Shown: positions 17,712-27,247, counted from the stretch's first letter. The stretch is 64,000 nt of DNA from an uncultured virus (IMG/VR IMGVR_UViG_3300021197_001448) (IMGVR_UViG_3300021197_001448); one strand, 5' to 3'. The notes: generated by a model from the letters alone, not told the origin. A program made the numbers and translations.

Positions 17712-19163
17712 TTGAATTATCGTGTCTTTGCTGAATCTATACGTGTAGGTACGGCGATACCCAAAGACAAATCTAAGATCGTAAAGAATATGCTTTTGAT
17801 GTCTCCTATGAGTCAATGGAAAATCGCATATCTGTCTCACGCTCCCTCTTCAAAGCACAGGCTTTCAGATGAGGATTTGAGAGAGATTTATTTTCTTCTG
17901 ACGGATCTGTACCCCGAAGAGATAGAAGAAAATCCCGATCCAATTATTATATTGAGCCAGTTGTCTAAAGCAAACAAAACGGTTGCGATTATAGACAGAG
18001 TGTTTGAAGTCACCAGGAACGTATTAGAAAAGTGTGAAGATAACGAGCAACGTGCGTTAATGATCAGGCCGCTATTTTCTCGAATCAAAGAAGAAGATTT
18101 GCGTTGTTTCTTTTTGAGATTAAGCAATAGGCAAAATCCAATCAATCGTTATGATGTTGTCAAAGCACTTGCTCATGCTAATGGTGAACTAATGAGACAC
18201 GTCCGTAAAGCATCTTTTCTGATTGGGTTAGAAAGAGTGTGTGATCGATTGTCAAGACAAGAGAATATACATGATGTATTGAAACCTGCAATCGGTTCAC
18301 CTATGGTGATTCCTTCTCCATCAATATGTTCATTATCTGAGATTCCTTTTGGCAAGTCGTACATTGAGATACCAGAAGGCGAGAGAATGACTTTACACGT
18401 TATTCCTGGTGTTAAGGTTGCACTGTTTAATACGACTGGCGATGAAATACAGTTAGAGGCAGATACATGGAACATGGTACAATCGGCAGATTTGAAGCAG
18501 GGCATTTATCTTGTTGAATATGCAAGTGGTCGTGATCTTGAAATGATGATTGTTGATTTGCTAACTCCCTCAGTTGAAACCATGCCTTTTCAGAAACGAA
18601 GAGAACAAATTCCAGGTTGGGTCTTAAAACCCATGACGATGATCGATGATGCCAGTTACTATCTGCAAACAGTAGGAACCGATCAACCAGTTGTTCTTTG
18701 GAACGCTAATGGTATATTGACTTATGAGAGTTCGATATATGAGAATGTGCTAATGAACATACAAGAGGCTCACAAATCCGTATTCAAGGTTGTAGGAGGT
18801 CTATATGTCAAACAAACCCCTCAATCAAGACCTGCATTAAAGAAATGGCGAGTCGCAGTAGTCGATGGAGATTCATACTATCCTGTTGGGCTGGTTGATA
18901 TTGATCCGATGTTATCTCTGACACGTTTCACCAATCCACACAAAATCGTAGAAGGCGAAGAGGTTTCCATTAACACTCCGCTTTTTGTCAATGTGAAAGT
19001 AATTGCTTCTGGTTGGGGTGATTATGGGGCTTACATTCAAGGCATGATTATATCTGTCGCCAGTCGTGCGGGTCGCAACGACTGTGTTAGCATAGATGAA
19101 ATTGAAGCATTGACAAAAAGATGGGATGAAGAATATGGAGATGATGACAAAAACATGGCTTAG
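17712..19163 (+). CDS. ATP-dependent DNA ligase-like protein, apparently inactive
   Basis: DBD-like helices (VVKALAHA..VRKA..IGSP), motif I read as IPEGER, OB-like WRVAVVDGDSYYPVG; TTG start with SD AGGTGA. Confidence 0.65.
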   Translation: MNYRVFAESIRVGTAIPKDKSKIVKNMLLMSPMSQWKIAYLSHAPSSKHRLSDEDLREIYFLLTDLYPEEIEENPDPIIILSQLSKANKTVAIIDRVFEVTRNVLEKCEDNEQRALMIRPLFSRIKEEDLRCFFLRLSNRQNPINRYDVVKALAHANGELMRHVRKASFLIGLERVCDRLSRQENIHDVLKPAIGSPMVIPSPSICSLSEIPFGKSYIEIPEGERMTLHVIPGVKVALFNTTGDEIQLEADTWNMVQSADLKQGIYLVEYASGRDLEMMIVDLLTPSVETMPFQKRREQIPGWVLKPMTMIDDASYYLQTVGTDQPVVLWNANGILTYESSIYENVLMNIQEAHKSVFKVVGGLYVKQTPQSRPALKKWRVAVVDGDSYYPVGLVDIDPMLSLTRFTNPHKIVEGEEVSINTPLFVNVKVIASGWGDYGAYIQGMIISVASRAGRNDCVSIDEIEALTKRWDEEYGDDDKNMA

Positions 19164-19314
19164 TTGGATAGAATGGGCGGCAGAAAAAGAGGGGTTAATT
19201 GGATGGATGAGATTGTCAATGGTAATGTTCGCAATGTCGGCAATGAGTCTTGTGATCCTGATCCTGGTGCTTTTGATTTATCCGATAGCATGGTTTTATC
19301 ACAAGATGGTTTGA
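19144..19314 (+). CDS. Small membrane protein
   Basis: Long hydrophobic stretch LSMVMFAMSAMSLVILILVLLIYPIAWF. Confidence 0.6.
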   Translation: MTKTWLSWIEWAAEKEGLIGWMRLSMVMFAMSAMSLVILILVLLIYPIAWFYHKMV

Positions 19315-19697
19315 CTGATACCTTGATGTCTGCAATGTTACTTCGAGGCGACATCAGATGCCGACTATCTACTAAATTTAAATGCGGTTATGAGATACGG
19401 CCAATTATGTGGTTCTCTAAGCGCATAGATGCGATAGATCGCACATTAGAAGCATTGGGACTGGTATGGAAAGATACATTCGTCAAAACAGAGGACATAG
19501 CAAAGTTATGCCACACCTTCAAGCGATACTTTTCACTAAGTCCAAGAGCAACTGGTTTAGAATCGGTGAGGCAACTTAACGGTTATTTGCCTCAACCTCT
19601 CGATCATGAAGAAGTTGAAGAAGCATTGAAACTGGTAGAGAAAATTAGTGAGGCTTTAAGACCCCAACACGCTTCGGATAAAACCCTGCGGGAGTGA
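19311..19697 (+). CDS. LAGLIDADG-fold-like DNA-binding protein (degenerate)
   Basis: LMSAMLLRGDIR..GYEIRPIMWF..LEALG; probable TTG start overlapping the previous stop (track start 19164). Confidence 0.45.
   Translation: MTDTLMSAMLLRGDIRCRLSTKFKCGYEIRPIMWFSKRIDAIDRTLEALGLVWKDTFVKTEDIAKLCHTFKRYFSLSPRATGLESVRQLNGYLPQPLDHEEVEEALKLVEKISEALRPQHASDKTLRE
19647..19664 (+). promoter_or_regulatory. Putative promoter AGTGAGGCTTTAAGACCC
   Basis: Exact copy of 15661-15678, upstream of the replication block. Confidence 0.6.
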
Positions 19698-21017
19698 ATG
19701 ATTATGTTAAACGAGGCATTGAAACGAATAATGGAAGCAAAGAATGAAAACGAAGATCAAGTGATGGCTAATTTTGCCATCTTTGTCGGAGAGAATTACC
19801 CTGAAATCTGGACTCAGGCTGAACAAAGTTTAGAAGGATTAGATGAAGAAGATTATGAATTCTTTTCTTCTGCTTTTGAAGTGAATTCGGTTCGACGCAA
19901 AGGATCGGGCGGCAAAGGCGAAACATGGGTTGGAATGGTTGTAGCATATGACGGTACACGTGACATGATGCAACGCCAACGAGATGCTGCTATTGATGCT
20001 TCTGAAATCAATTTAGGACAAGCCCTCAGATATGGCATTCGTCAAAATGAAAGATCTATTGGAATAGGTCGTGTTGTCAAGGAAAACGGCGAGTGGATTG
20101 TAAAGAGTGCTGATGACAGTTTGCTTTACAAAGAAACTGCAACCAATGACAAAGTTCCTCTTTGGGTTATTGCTATCAATAATGAGGCATCGCATATTTG
20201 CTTGCTCAAAGATGATGGCCGATCTCCTAAGAGAGCATTCATGAAAAAGCGAAAATGGCTATTCATCGGCAACACGGTAGATAAGTTCCTTAGTGAAGGC
20301 GCACTTCCTCCTATGGCTCTTGAATGCTCTTTTGGCGCAGCAGAAGTAGAAATACAGATGCTAAAACCAATTTCTTTCAAGGCTGAGATGGAAAAGGCAT
20401 GGAAGCCAACTGGTTCTGACGAACCTGATGAGAACCAACTTAATGCCCTTGATATTGATCCTAATTATGGTCTTGAATGGGTCGATGAAGCGGTGCGTCC
20501 AAAGGTTGCTCAATTGTTTGCCCCCGATCAATTCCTTGCTAATTTCATGCCAACTGTCGATTTGCCTAATGTCTTTGATTACCACATGGAAAACCGTAAG
20601 GTGCTATCATCTGGAAAGGATTTTGGACCACTATTCGCTATTAGCGGAACGGTGGATTACATCGATCATGCTGGAAAGGAAAACGCATACACGGAAGGAG
20701 GATTCAAGCATTCGATTACATTGACTTCTAACAGCCTTCGCAGAGAAGATGCTAACGCAAGTCTGTGGGTTGATGTTTCACGCTATCTCGTTGAAAAGCA
20801 ACAGGCATTCAAAGTTAAGAAGTCTGATGGATGGAGAGATTATGCAAGCGGTAGCCGACTTTGGGTCATTGTTCGTTCTCGAACATGGCAAAGCACAGAC
20901 GGAAACATCAATATCAACATGGATGCAAAGAGCGTATATGCTATGCCTCTTCGATCCATTGTTGCTAAGGAAGCATCTGCTGACGCTAACGACATTTCCC
21001 ACACGGACAACTTTTGA
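19698..21017 (+). CDS. Putative ssDNA-binding (multi-OB-fold, RPA-like) protein
   Basis: 439 aa, beta-rich OB-like segments (AISGTVDYI, GSRLWVIVRSRTW..ININ), acidic tail, adjacent to the annealing ATPase; the function is an inference. Confidence 0.45.
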   Translation: MIMLNEALKRIMEAKNENEDQVMANFAIFVGENYPEIWTQAEQSLEGLDEEDYEFFSSAFEVNSVRRKGSGGKGETWVGMVVAYDGTRDMMQRQRDAAIDASEINLGQALRYGIRQNERSIGIGRVVKENGEWIVKSADDSLLYKETATNDKVPLWVIAINNEASHICLLKDDGRSPKRAFMKKRKWLFIGNTVDKFLSEGALPPMALECSFGAAEVEIQMLKPISFKAEMEKAWKPTGSDEPDENQLNALDIDPNYGLEWVDEAVRPKVAQLFAPDQFLANFMPTVDLPNVFDYHMENRKVLSSGKDFGPLFAISGTVDYIDHAGKENAYTEGGFKHSITLTSNSLRREDANASLWVDVSRYLVEKQQAFKVKKSDGWRDYASGSRLWVIVRSRTWQSTDGNININMDAKSVYAMPLRSIVAKEASADANDISHTDNF

Positions 21018-21026
21018 GGTGATTGA

Positions 21027-22274
21027 ATGACAGGAACAGGATTTTTGGATAATTGGAAGCCCGTTGATACGACTAAAGAACCTTCTAAGCAAGAGAAGGC
21101 AGAGGTTACGAACCTCCCTTCAACTGCTGAGGTGGCTCAAGCACCAGTAGTAAATGCCGTATTGCCTTCGCCAAAGAAAGAGCAGCAGACAGGAATGGTT
21201 TCTGGATTTGACCCAAGCGATTTCCCAATGGAAGCCCTTGAGGATTCAGCACCATCAGAACTTGAAGAGAATGCAATTGTACCCTCAACACCAAGCGGTT
21301 CATGGGAGTTCCCAACATCTGCCAACCCTGCTGCAAAATACATTCAGATTGCTACATCGAAACACGTCCGAGATGTGAAGCCAGTTTTATGCGGCATCAA
21401 AGGTCCACGTAAGGCAGGTAAATCTGGTATCGTAACCGATTCATTAACTGATGAAGAGAAGGCTAATGGCGCACAGTTATGGAGTCTTGACTTCGATGCA
21501 GGCGGCGAATCAACTAAGTCGGCACATCACGCCGACTCTCAAGATAACATTGTTATCCTAAACCCCTGGTCGTTAGTGAAGAACTCACGTAGTCGTGTAC
21601 CATACGATTACCCTGAAACTTTTAACAAGACGATGGATATTCTTCTCTATGCTCAAGAGGTCGCTGAATCTCAAGAGGAATTCTTTGCACTTCATGGCAA
21701 AATGCCTACACCGTATCTGAAAACATTAGTGTTTGATGGAATGGATCATTGGCTACATATTTGTGGCGTTACAATGAAGATCGAGGATCTTGAACTTGGC
21801 AATGATGCAGTAGCGGTATCTGGTCAAAAGACCAACACCCGTATTGGCCGCTTCAACTGGGATTTCAGAAAGAACCGATACAACTCGGCTATGAACGCAT
21901 TCCGTGAATTGTGCCGATTGAATGTTCAAGTGTACGTGATTACTGGAGAGAAGCCATCCTACGATAAGAACGGAAACGAAATCATGGGTGCTGATGTTGC
22001 AGCGTGGATGAAAGACACGGAACGTGATCTTGAACAACTGATCGAAATTGATCTTGATGAAGAACGTGATGCTAACGGTTCACTAACTGGCAAGACCGTA
22101 TCGAAGGCTCAATTGAAGTTCAACAGAACCTCTCTAAGACGACCTGAGCCAGTCATTCTATTCGTTCAAGAAACAGGCACAGATGGTCAATGGTTTGGCT
22201 ATCCAGGCCTGTCTGACGGTTCATTTGACCATCCTAACGATGTTCACACTTTGGACGTGGAGGAATCAGCATGA
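21027..22274 (+). CDS. RecA-fold P-loop ATPase (AAA_24/Sak4-like recombinase)
   Basis: Walker A GPRKAGKS, LDFDAG, Walker B LVFDGMD, VYVIT; disordered N-terminus. Confidence 0.75.
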   Translation: MTGTGFLDNWKPVDTTKEPSKQEKAEVTNLPSTAEVAQAPVVNAVLPSPKKEQQTGMVSGFDPSDFPMEALEDSAPSELEENAIVPSTPSGSWEFPTSANPAAKYIQIATSKHVRDVKPVLCGIKGPRKAGKSGIVTDSLTDEEKANGAQLWSLDFDAGGESTKSAHHADSQDNIVILNPWSLVKNSRSRVPYDYPETFNKTMDILLYAQEVAESQEEFFALHGKMPTPYLKTLVFDGMDHWLHICGVTMKIEDLELGNDAVAVSGQKTNTRIGRFNWDFRKNRYNSAMNAFRELCRLNVQVYVITGEKPSYDKNGNEIMGADVAAWMKDTERDLEQLIEIDLDEERDANGSLTGKTVSKAQLKFNRTSLRRPEPVILFVQETGTDGQWFGYPGLSDGSFDHPNDVHTLDVEESA

Positions 22275-22549
22275 CCTCAAGAAAATATACCTTTCCAAAG
22301 AAAGCAGGTTTCACGATCACAATGCCTCATGAATATATTGAACAGTCTTACGCAGTTCGAGGGGAACTTCATGCACAACATGGAATTACATTTGATACTG
22401 GAGTAGGTCGTGAAGGAATTGATTGGTTTATTGACTTTTCATTGAGAAGTAACGATGATGTCGATGAAGAAGAGGCGATCTATTTAATCAAGAAGAAACT
22501 GGAAAGTTACAAGGTCATTTATGAATTGACCATAGAACCAGTTGAGTAG
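22271..22549 (+). CDS. Hypothetical protein
   Basis: SD GGAGG, ATGA coupling. Confidence 0.7.
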   Translation: MTSRKYTFPKKAGFTITMPHEYIEQSYAVRGELHAQHGITFDTGVGREGIDWFIDFSLRSNDDVDEEEAIYLIKKKLESYKVIYELTIEPVE

Positions 22550-22561
22550 GCGATTGATATT

Positions 22562-23578
22562 ATGGATGAGAAGATCGGGATCAATGACCAATTGAAAGAA
22601 CTTACTTCCGAAGAACGTGAAGAACTGATTGGCTTAGTCTGTTTTTCAGGCGGCAAGGATAGCACCGCTATGCTTCTTCGCTTACTCGAACTTGACGATC
22701 CAACCATGCCTGTCAATCGAATTGTATTTGCCGATACAGGATTTGAGTTTCCTGAATTACTTGATTACATGAAAATGGTAATGGAATATATTAACATAAA
22801 ATATCCAAAAAAGAATCTCGAACTTGAGATGGTTGGCTCTCCCCGATCATGGGAGGATTGGTTTTATGGAACTATGCAACGTGGTGCTAACAAAGGAAAA
22901 CAACGTGGCGCACCTCTTAGAGCATATCCTTGCTATTGGGCAAGAGAGGCTAAGGTTCAACCTTTGCAGAAGGTGGCTAAAGAAGCAGATATTGCATATA
23001 TTGGAATCGCTGCTGATGAAGCCCACCGTGTAGGTAAAGAGGATGATCCACGTAACGCCAAGAACAGATACCCGTTAGTTGAATGGGGATGGTCGGAAGA
23101 TGATTGCATTAAGTATTTGGATAGTCTCGAAATGGTCAATGAACTTTATGTGAACTTTGATCGTTTAGGATGTTTTCATTGCATCAAACAACCGTTGGAT
23201 TCCTGGTGGAACCTATGGCGAGGCTATCCTGAGTTTTGGGAAATCGCCAAGCATTGGGATAAAGAGAGCGTCAAAGTGAGCAATCATGGTTTGCGTTCAA
23301 TGAAACCAGGAAAAGATGGCTACCTTCTTGAAGAACTTGAAGAACGATTCAAACAGGGGTACAAACCTCCTTCAAAGAAAGGAAAGTTCGATTGTAATTC
23401 ATGTAAAGCCGTTGCATTTACGGCGGTTGGTCAATTGAAGTTGGAGGACTTTGATAGCGACGATGCAATAGAACGTATTGATGAAAAGTTCATTGACGAA
23501 GAACCAACAGCCTGTGAAGTCTTGATCGAGCCAGATCTATCATGCGATATTGTAGGGGGTTCTTTTGATGAAGATTAA
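22562..23578 (+). CDS. PAPS reductase family protein
   Basis: FSGGKDS PP-loop, FADTG.EFPE, GIAADE, YPLVEW, DRLGCFHC. Confidence 0.9.
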   Translation: MDEKIGINDQLKELTSEEREELIGLVCFSGGKDSTAMLLRLLELDDPTMPVNRIVFADTGFEFPELLDYMKMVMEYINIKYPKKNLELEMVGSPRSWEDWFYGTMQRGANKGKQRGAPLRAYPCYWAREAKVQPLQKVAKEADIAYIGIAADEAHRVGKEDDPRNAKNRYPLVEWGWSEDDCIKYLDSLEMVNELYVNFDRLGCFHCIKQPLDSWWNLWRGYPEFWEIAKHWDKESVKVSNHGLRSMKPGKDGYLLEELEERFKQGYKPPSKKGKFDCNSCKAVAFTAVGQLKLEDFDSDDAIERIDEKFIDEEPTACEVLIEPDLSCDIVGGSFDED

Positions 23579-24587
23579 AGCACCAATGCCTCGACCTATA
23601 CCGCTTGTAAAAGACTTGTATTCAACTTACGCATGGCATCCAGGCATGGCCGATGATAAAATACTCCGTGTGAGTAAATCGTCTTTAGGTCAATTTCAAA
23701 CCTGCGAGCAACAATATTTTATCAAATACGTTATTGGTGTCAAAGAACCTCAGAATGACAATATGCTTCGAGGAACGAATGTGCATGATGCTTATGAGTT
23801 TATACTGGATCGAAGCCTTGACATTGAACACGCATCTAAGTTAAAGAATGAACAAGGCCATGAAGCCGTTCATGAATACTTTCAGTCTTTGATACCAACC
23901 TCTCAAATTAGAAAAGGATGGGATGACGAGTATGCTAAACCTACTGGAAATGAATACACGTTGGAGGAACCCGATCATATGAGAAAATTGATGACGGCAG
24001 AAGCAAAGAGATTCATGGCTTCTGATCCTCAAGCATTCAAGCCAGTAGGAAACGAATTAGGCGTTGATGCAATTGTTGAATTAAACATTAACGGAACAAA
24101 CGTGAAAATGCATCTAAATGGTTTCATTGATCGATTATTTATGGATAACGAAGGTAATTATCACGTTCACGAATTAAAAACAGGTCTGTGGAAGGATAAA
24201 GCATCAAAGTACGAGAGTATGTCTAAGGAGATGGCTTTCTATGCCTATATGCTTCGCAAGTCACAGCAACAGGAATTTGGCGGTGCTAACATATCATACT
24301 GGGGTTGGGATCATACCAAAGGTCATGAGAACAATCCAACTCAGATTTATCGTTTTATTGAGCCTGTTCGAGCAAGTGTAATCAAAGATATGCTTGTCGA
24401 TCTCAAAGCCCTTGCATCTGCACACTTACGGTACAAAGGAGATAACAACGGCAATTTGTTTGCTACAAAACCTTCTGGTTCAGAGCGTTACTTCTGTGAA
24501 CCCTGGTGCGCTATCAAAGGGTTCTGCCCTAAGTATGGGCGACACATGATGCCTCATGAACTGAGGCCAAAACAGGAGGGGAATTGA
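23568..24587 (+). CDS. PD-(D/E)XK nuclease, Cas4/AddB-like with 1+3 Cys
   Basis: SKSSL..C..QY, RGTNVH, GFIDRL, HELKTG, C.PWC....FCP. Confidence 0.85.
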   Translation: MKIKAPMPRPIPLVKDLYSTYAWHPGMADDKILRVSKSSLGQFQTCEQQYFIKYVIGVKEPQNDNMLRGTNVHDAYEFILDRSLDIEHASKLKNEQGHEAVHEYFQSLIPTSQIRKGWDDEYAKPTGNEYTLEEPDHMRKLMTAEAKRFMASDPQAFKPVGNELGVDAIVELNINGTNVKMHLNGFIDRLFMDNEGNYHVHELKTGLWKDKASKYESMSKEMAFYAYMLRKSQQQEFGGANISYWGWDHTKGHENNPTQIYRFIEPVRASVIKDMLVDLKALASAHLRYKGDNNGNLFATKPSGSERYFCEPWCAIKGFCPKYGRHMMPHELRPKQEGN

Positions 24588-24588
24588 T

Positions 24589-25574
24589 GTGCGATACATT
24601 AGCGTGTTCAGTGGAATCGAAGCAGCGACGGTTGGGTGGCATAATCTTGGTTGGACTCCTGTTGCCTTTGCAGATATTGACGAGTTCCCTTCGGCTGTGT
24701 TGGCGCATCATTACCCAACCGTTCCTAATGTGGGGGATGTAGTCGATGTCGATTGGGAACAATACAAAGGAAAAGCCGATCTCGTCGTTGGAGGAAGCCC
24801 CTGCCAGTCCTTCTCTCATGCAGGAAGGCGACTTGGATTGGATGATCCACGTGGCAACTTGGCACTCCACTACCTCAAAATTGTTAGAACAGTTCAGCCG
24901 AAGTGGTTCGTCTATGAAAACGTGCCAGGTTTATTGTCGTCAAGTGAAGGAGAAGATTTTGCCACCTTTCTCGGAGAAGTGGCGAAACTCGGGTATGGGT
25001 TCGCCTACCGAATTCTTGACGCTCAATACTTCGGAGTTCCCCAACGAAGGAGAAGAGTCTTTGTTGTCGGATGTGCTGATGGAGATTGGCGAAGTGCCGC
25101 AGCGATTCTATTTGACAAAGAGAGCCTGTGCGGGAATCTTGCGTCGAGCAAAGAAAAGAGGCAAGAAACTTCCCTCTTCACTAATGAAAGCGTTAGAAGC
25201 GACAACAGGGGCGACGGAAGAGGAATAATTCATTGTTCCGATGTTGCACCAACCATGACAAGTGGCAATTCATTCCCAAAGGCTGCAACAGGAAATGCAA
25301 GAGTTGAGCATGAAGCGTTGGTTGTGCAAAAAAGCATTCCTATTCATGACAAAGCAACTCGCCACAAAGGAGGCGGAGAAGGCCGTAACGATGATGGGGC
25401 AAGCAACTTTCTTGGCGTAGGTAAAGAAACTGATCCGATGTATTCACTGACTACAAACGATCTACACATGGTATTTCAAGCAGTGAAAGAAGATCGGGCT
25501 GACGCATTGACAGCAGGTATGTATCACCGCAATGGAATCAATAACCAGGATCTTGTTACCAATGGGCATTTGTT
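24589..25574 (+). CDS. dcm: DNA (cytosine-5) methyltransferase, 3' end lost in assembly gap
   Basis: FSGIEA, GGSPCQSFS, ENVPG, PQRRRRVF; motifs IX and X not seen before the N run. Confidence 0.93.
24914..25228 (+). CDS. Nested +1-frame ORF resembling the M.EcoHK31I beta polypeptide
   Basis: WRNSGM..LSDVL..GILRRAKKRGKKLP; frame open from 24746, start uncertain. Confidence 0.6.
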   Translation: MKTCQVYCRQVKEKILPPFSEKWRNSGMGSPTEFLTLNTSEFPNEGEESLLSDVLMEIGEVPQRFYLTKRACAGILRRAKKRGKKLPSSLMKALEATTGATEEE

Positions 25575-25674
25575 NNNNNNNNNNNNNNNNNNNNNNNNNN
25601 NNNNNNNNNNNNNNNNNNNNNNNNNNNNNNNNNNNNNNNNNNNNNNNNNNNNNNNNNNNNNNNNNNNNNNNNNN
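25575..25674. other. Assembly gap (100 N)
   Basis: Run of n in the sequence. Confidence 1.
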
Positions 25675-25675
25675 C

Positions 25676-26776
25676 ATGGCTCTCTTCAATCATTTCCCAC
25701 GTGAAATTGATATGAGGACACGCAAGGTAATCCACACCAAGAAACAACTTGAGCATTACCTCAAGACCACTAATGGCAAAGGTAATCTGACTACTACTGT
25801 ATATGGTTTTAGAGAACTCAAAACCAAAGGCAATCGTTGTGAATACAACACGGCTATTATCCCGCACTTTGTCATGGACTTCGATGCTGATCAAGGTGTT
25901 CGAGTTCATGGTTTAGATGAAGAAGAAGCAAAGGATAGGTGCTGTTCAGAGGTGCTAACCCTATCTAAACATCTCAAGAACAATGCGAATCAACACGCCA
26001 TATGGTTTACAGGCGGGGGATTTCACATATGGGCTAAGTTGGATAAGGAGTATGTATTGCCTCCAGACAAAATGGCCGATCTTCTATTTTCTGGTCGAAT
26101 GAAAGTCAATGAGTGGGTCAATCGTTTCAATCTTAAGACTCTCGATCCTGTTGTTTCATTCCGACCTGATAGACACATTCGTATTCCAAACACATACAAC
26201 TTCAAGCGTCAAATATGGGGCATACCTGTAACTCATGAAGATTTGGATAAAGGATGGGAACACGTCATAGAAAAAGCACAGAATCCTCAACCTGGAATGC
26301 ACTTGTATGAAGGTCATGGCATGGAAGTGGAGATCGTAGAGCGTGATTCAAATAATATGTTTCAAGGCAGATACAATTTGGAAACAAAGAAATTTGAGAT
26401 GGAAGATATTGACATCGACATTTCAAGGATTAACAACATACCGATGTTACCTTGTCTCGCTCAAGCGGCTTGCGAAGTAGGAAGCAACCCCCCTCACAAG
26501 CCCCGATCATATCTGATGATGTATCTTATGGATTATTTTCGCAACTTTGCTCGACCACCGAGAGAATCACCTGTTTCAAATAAGGAGGTACTTTCATTGA
26601 CTCACGCTTTCATTCGATCTTTAGAATGGTCGGATTACAGCCCTGCTGAAACAACCAAATATCTCAGTCATGGCGTAGATAGATTTTACTTAACTCCAAC
26701 CTGTCCGACCATTTATCATGAAGGACTTTGCGTTGGTAAATGTCCGTATTATGACGAGAAGGGGGCGACAGCATGA
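25676..26776 (+). CDS. Archaeo-eukaryotic primase, PriS catalytic domain fused to a PriL-like Fe-S domain
   Basis: MDFD, TGGGFHIW, RHIRIPNTYN; then LPC..NPPHKPR..TPTC..GLCVGKC. The start abuts the gap and may be incomplete. Confidence 0.85.
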   Translation: MALFNHFPREIDMRTRKVIHTKKQLEHYLKTTNGKGNLTTTVYGFRELKTKGNRCEYNTAIIPHFVMDFDADQGVRVHGLDEEEAKDRCCSEVLTLSKHLKNNANQHAIWFTGGGFHIWAKLDKEYVLPPDKMADLLFSGRMKVNEWVNRFNLKTLDPVVSFRPDRHIRIPNTYNFKRQIWGIPVTHEDLDKGWEHVIEKAQNPQPGMHLYEGHGMEVEIVERDSNNMFQGRYNLETKKFEMEDIDIDISRINNIPMLPCLAQAACEVGSNPPHKPRSYLMMYLMDYFRNFARPPRESPVSNKEVLSLTHAFIRSLEWSDYSPAETTKYLSHGVDRFYLTPTCPTIYHEGLCVGKCPYYDEKGATA

Positions 26777-27030
26777 CAGAAGAACAAGAATTAGAAGAAA
26801 TCCGAAGAAAGAAAGCCGAACAAATGTTACAATCTCACCATAAAGGTGAAGCCCCTCCTGATGTTTTAGACTGGTCTTTTAGAAGATCAAATGAATCTGG
26901 ATTCTTTGAAATATGTCAATCAGATAACATGGTTGCTGTAACTCAAGATCCTAATTGGGCATCTCTTGTGACCGATCTTCTTAACAGCCTTACGTTAGCA
27001 AAACAAGTAGTTGGTGATGAAAATGACTGA
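26773..27030 (+). CDS. Hypothetical protein
   Basis: ATGA coupling; N-terminal ELEEIRRKK helix. Confidence 0.7.
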   Translation: MTEEQELEEIRRKKAEQMLQSHHKGEAPPDVLDWSFRRSNESGFFEICQSDNMVAVTQDPNWASLVTDLLNSLTLAKQVVGDEND

Positions 27031-27247
27031 ACAAGATGAAGGTATATGTTACTGCGGCTATCCTCAATTTGTAGAAAGTTGCATCTGTAACAATTATCCT
27101 ATTTGCCAGTCTCCTGGTTGTGAAAACATCATCACCGATCCAACAACAATTCACGCATTGTGCGAAGAATGTTTGCACCGACGTAATCAACTGTATGCTC
27201 AAAGTTGGAATCAAAGAAAGAATGCGGGGAAAGAAGATGACGAATGA
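27023..27247 (+). CDS. Cys-rich microprotein
   Basis: Eight Cys in 74 aa; SD GGTGA. Confidence 0.6.
   Translation: MTEQDEGICYCGYPQFVESCICNNYPICQSPGCENIITDPTTIHALCEECLHRRNQLYAQSWNQRKNAGKEDDE

Noticed and set aside
19164..19697. Active homing endonuclease or intron
   Set aside because: The LAGLIDADG motif is degenerate and the flanking genes are not interrupted.
23568..24587. Cas4 as part of a CRISPR-Cas system
   Set aside because: No cas1/cas2 or array; solo Cas4-like nucleases are common in archaeal viruses.
25532..25704. ORF-track frames reading through the N run
   Set aside because: Artefacts of a placeholder gap; frame continuity is unknown.
26773..26830. PDCD5- or thioredoxin-like protein from ELEEIRRKK
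   Set aside because: Similarity is limited to one charged helix; the rest does not match.
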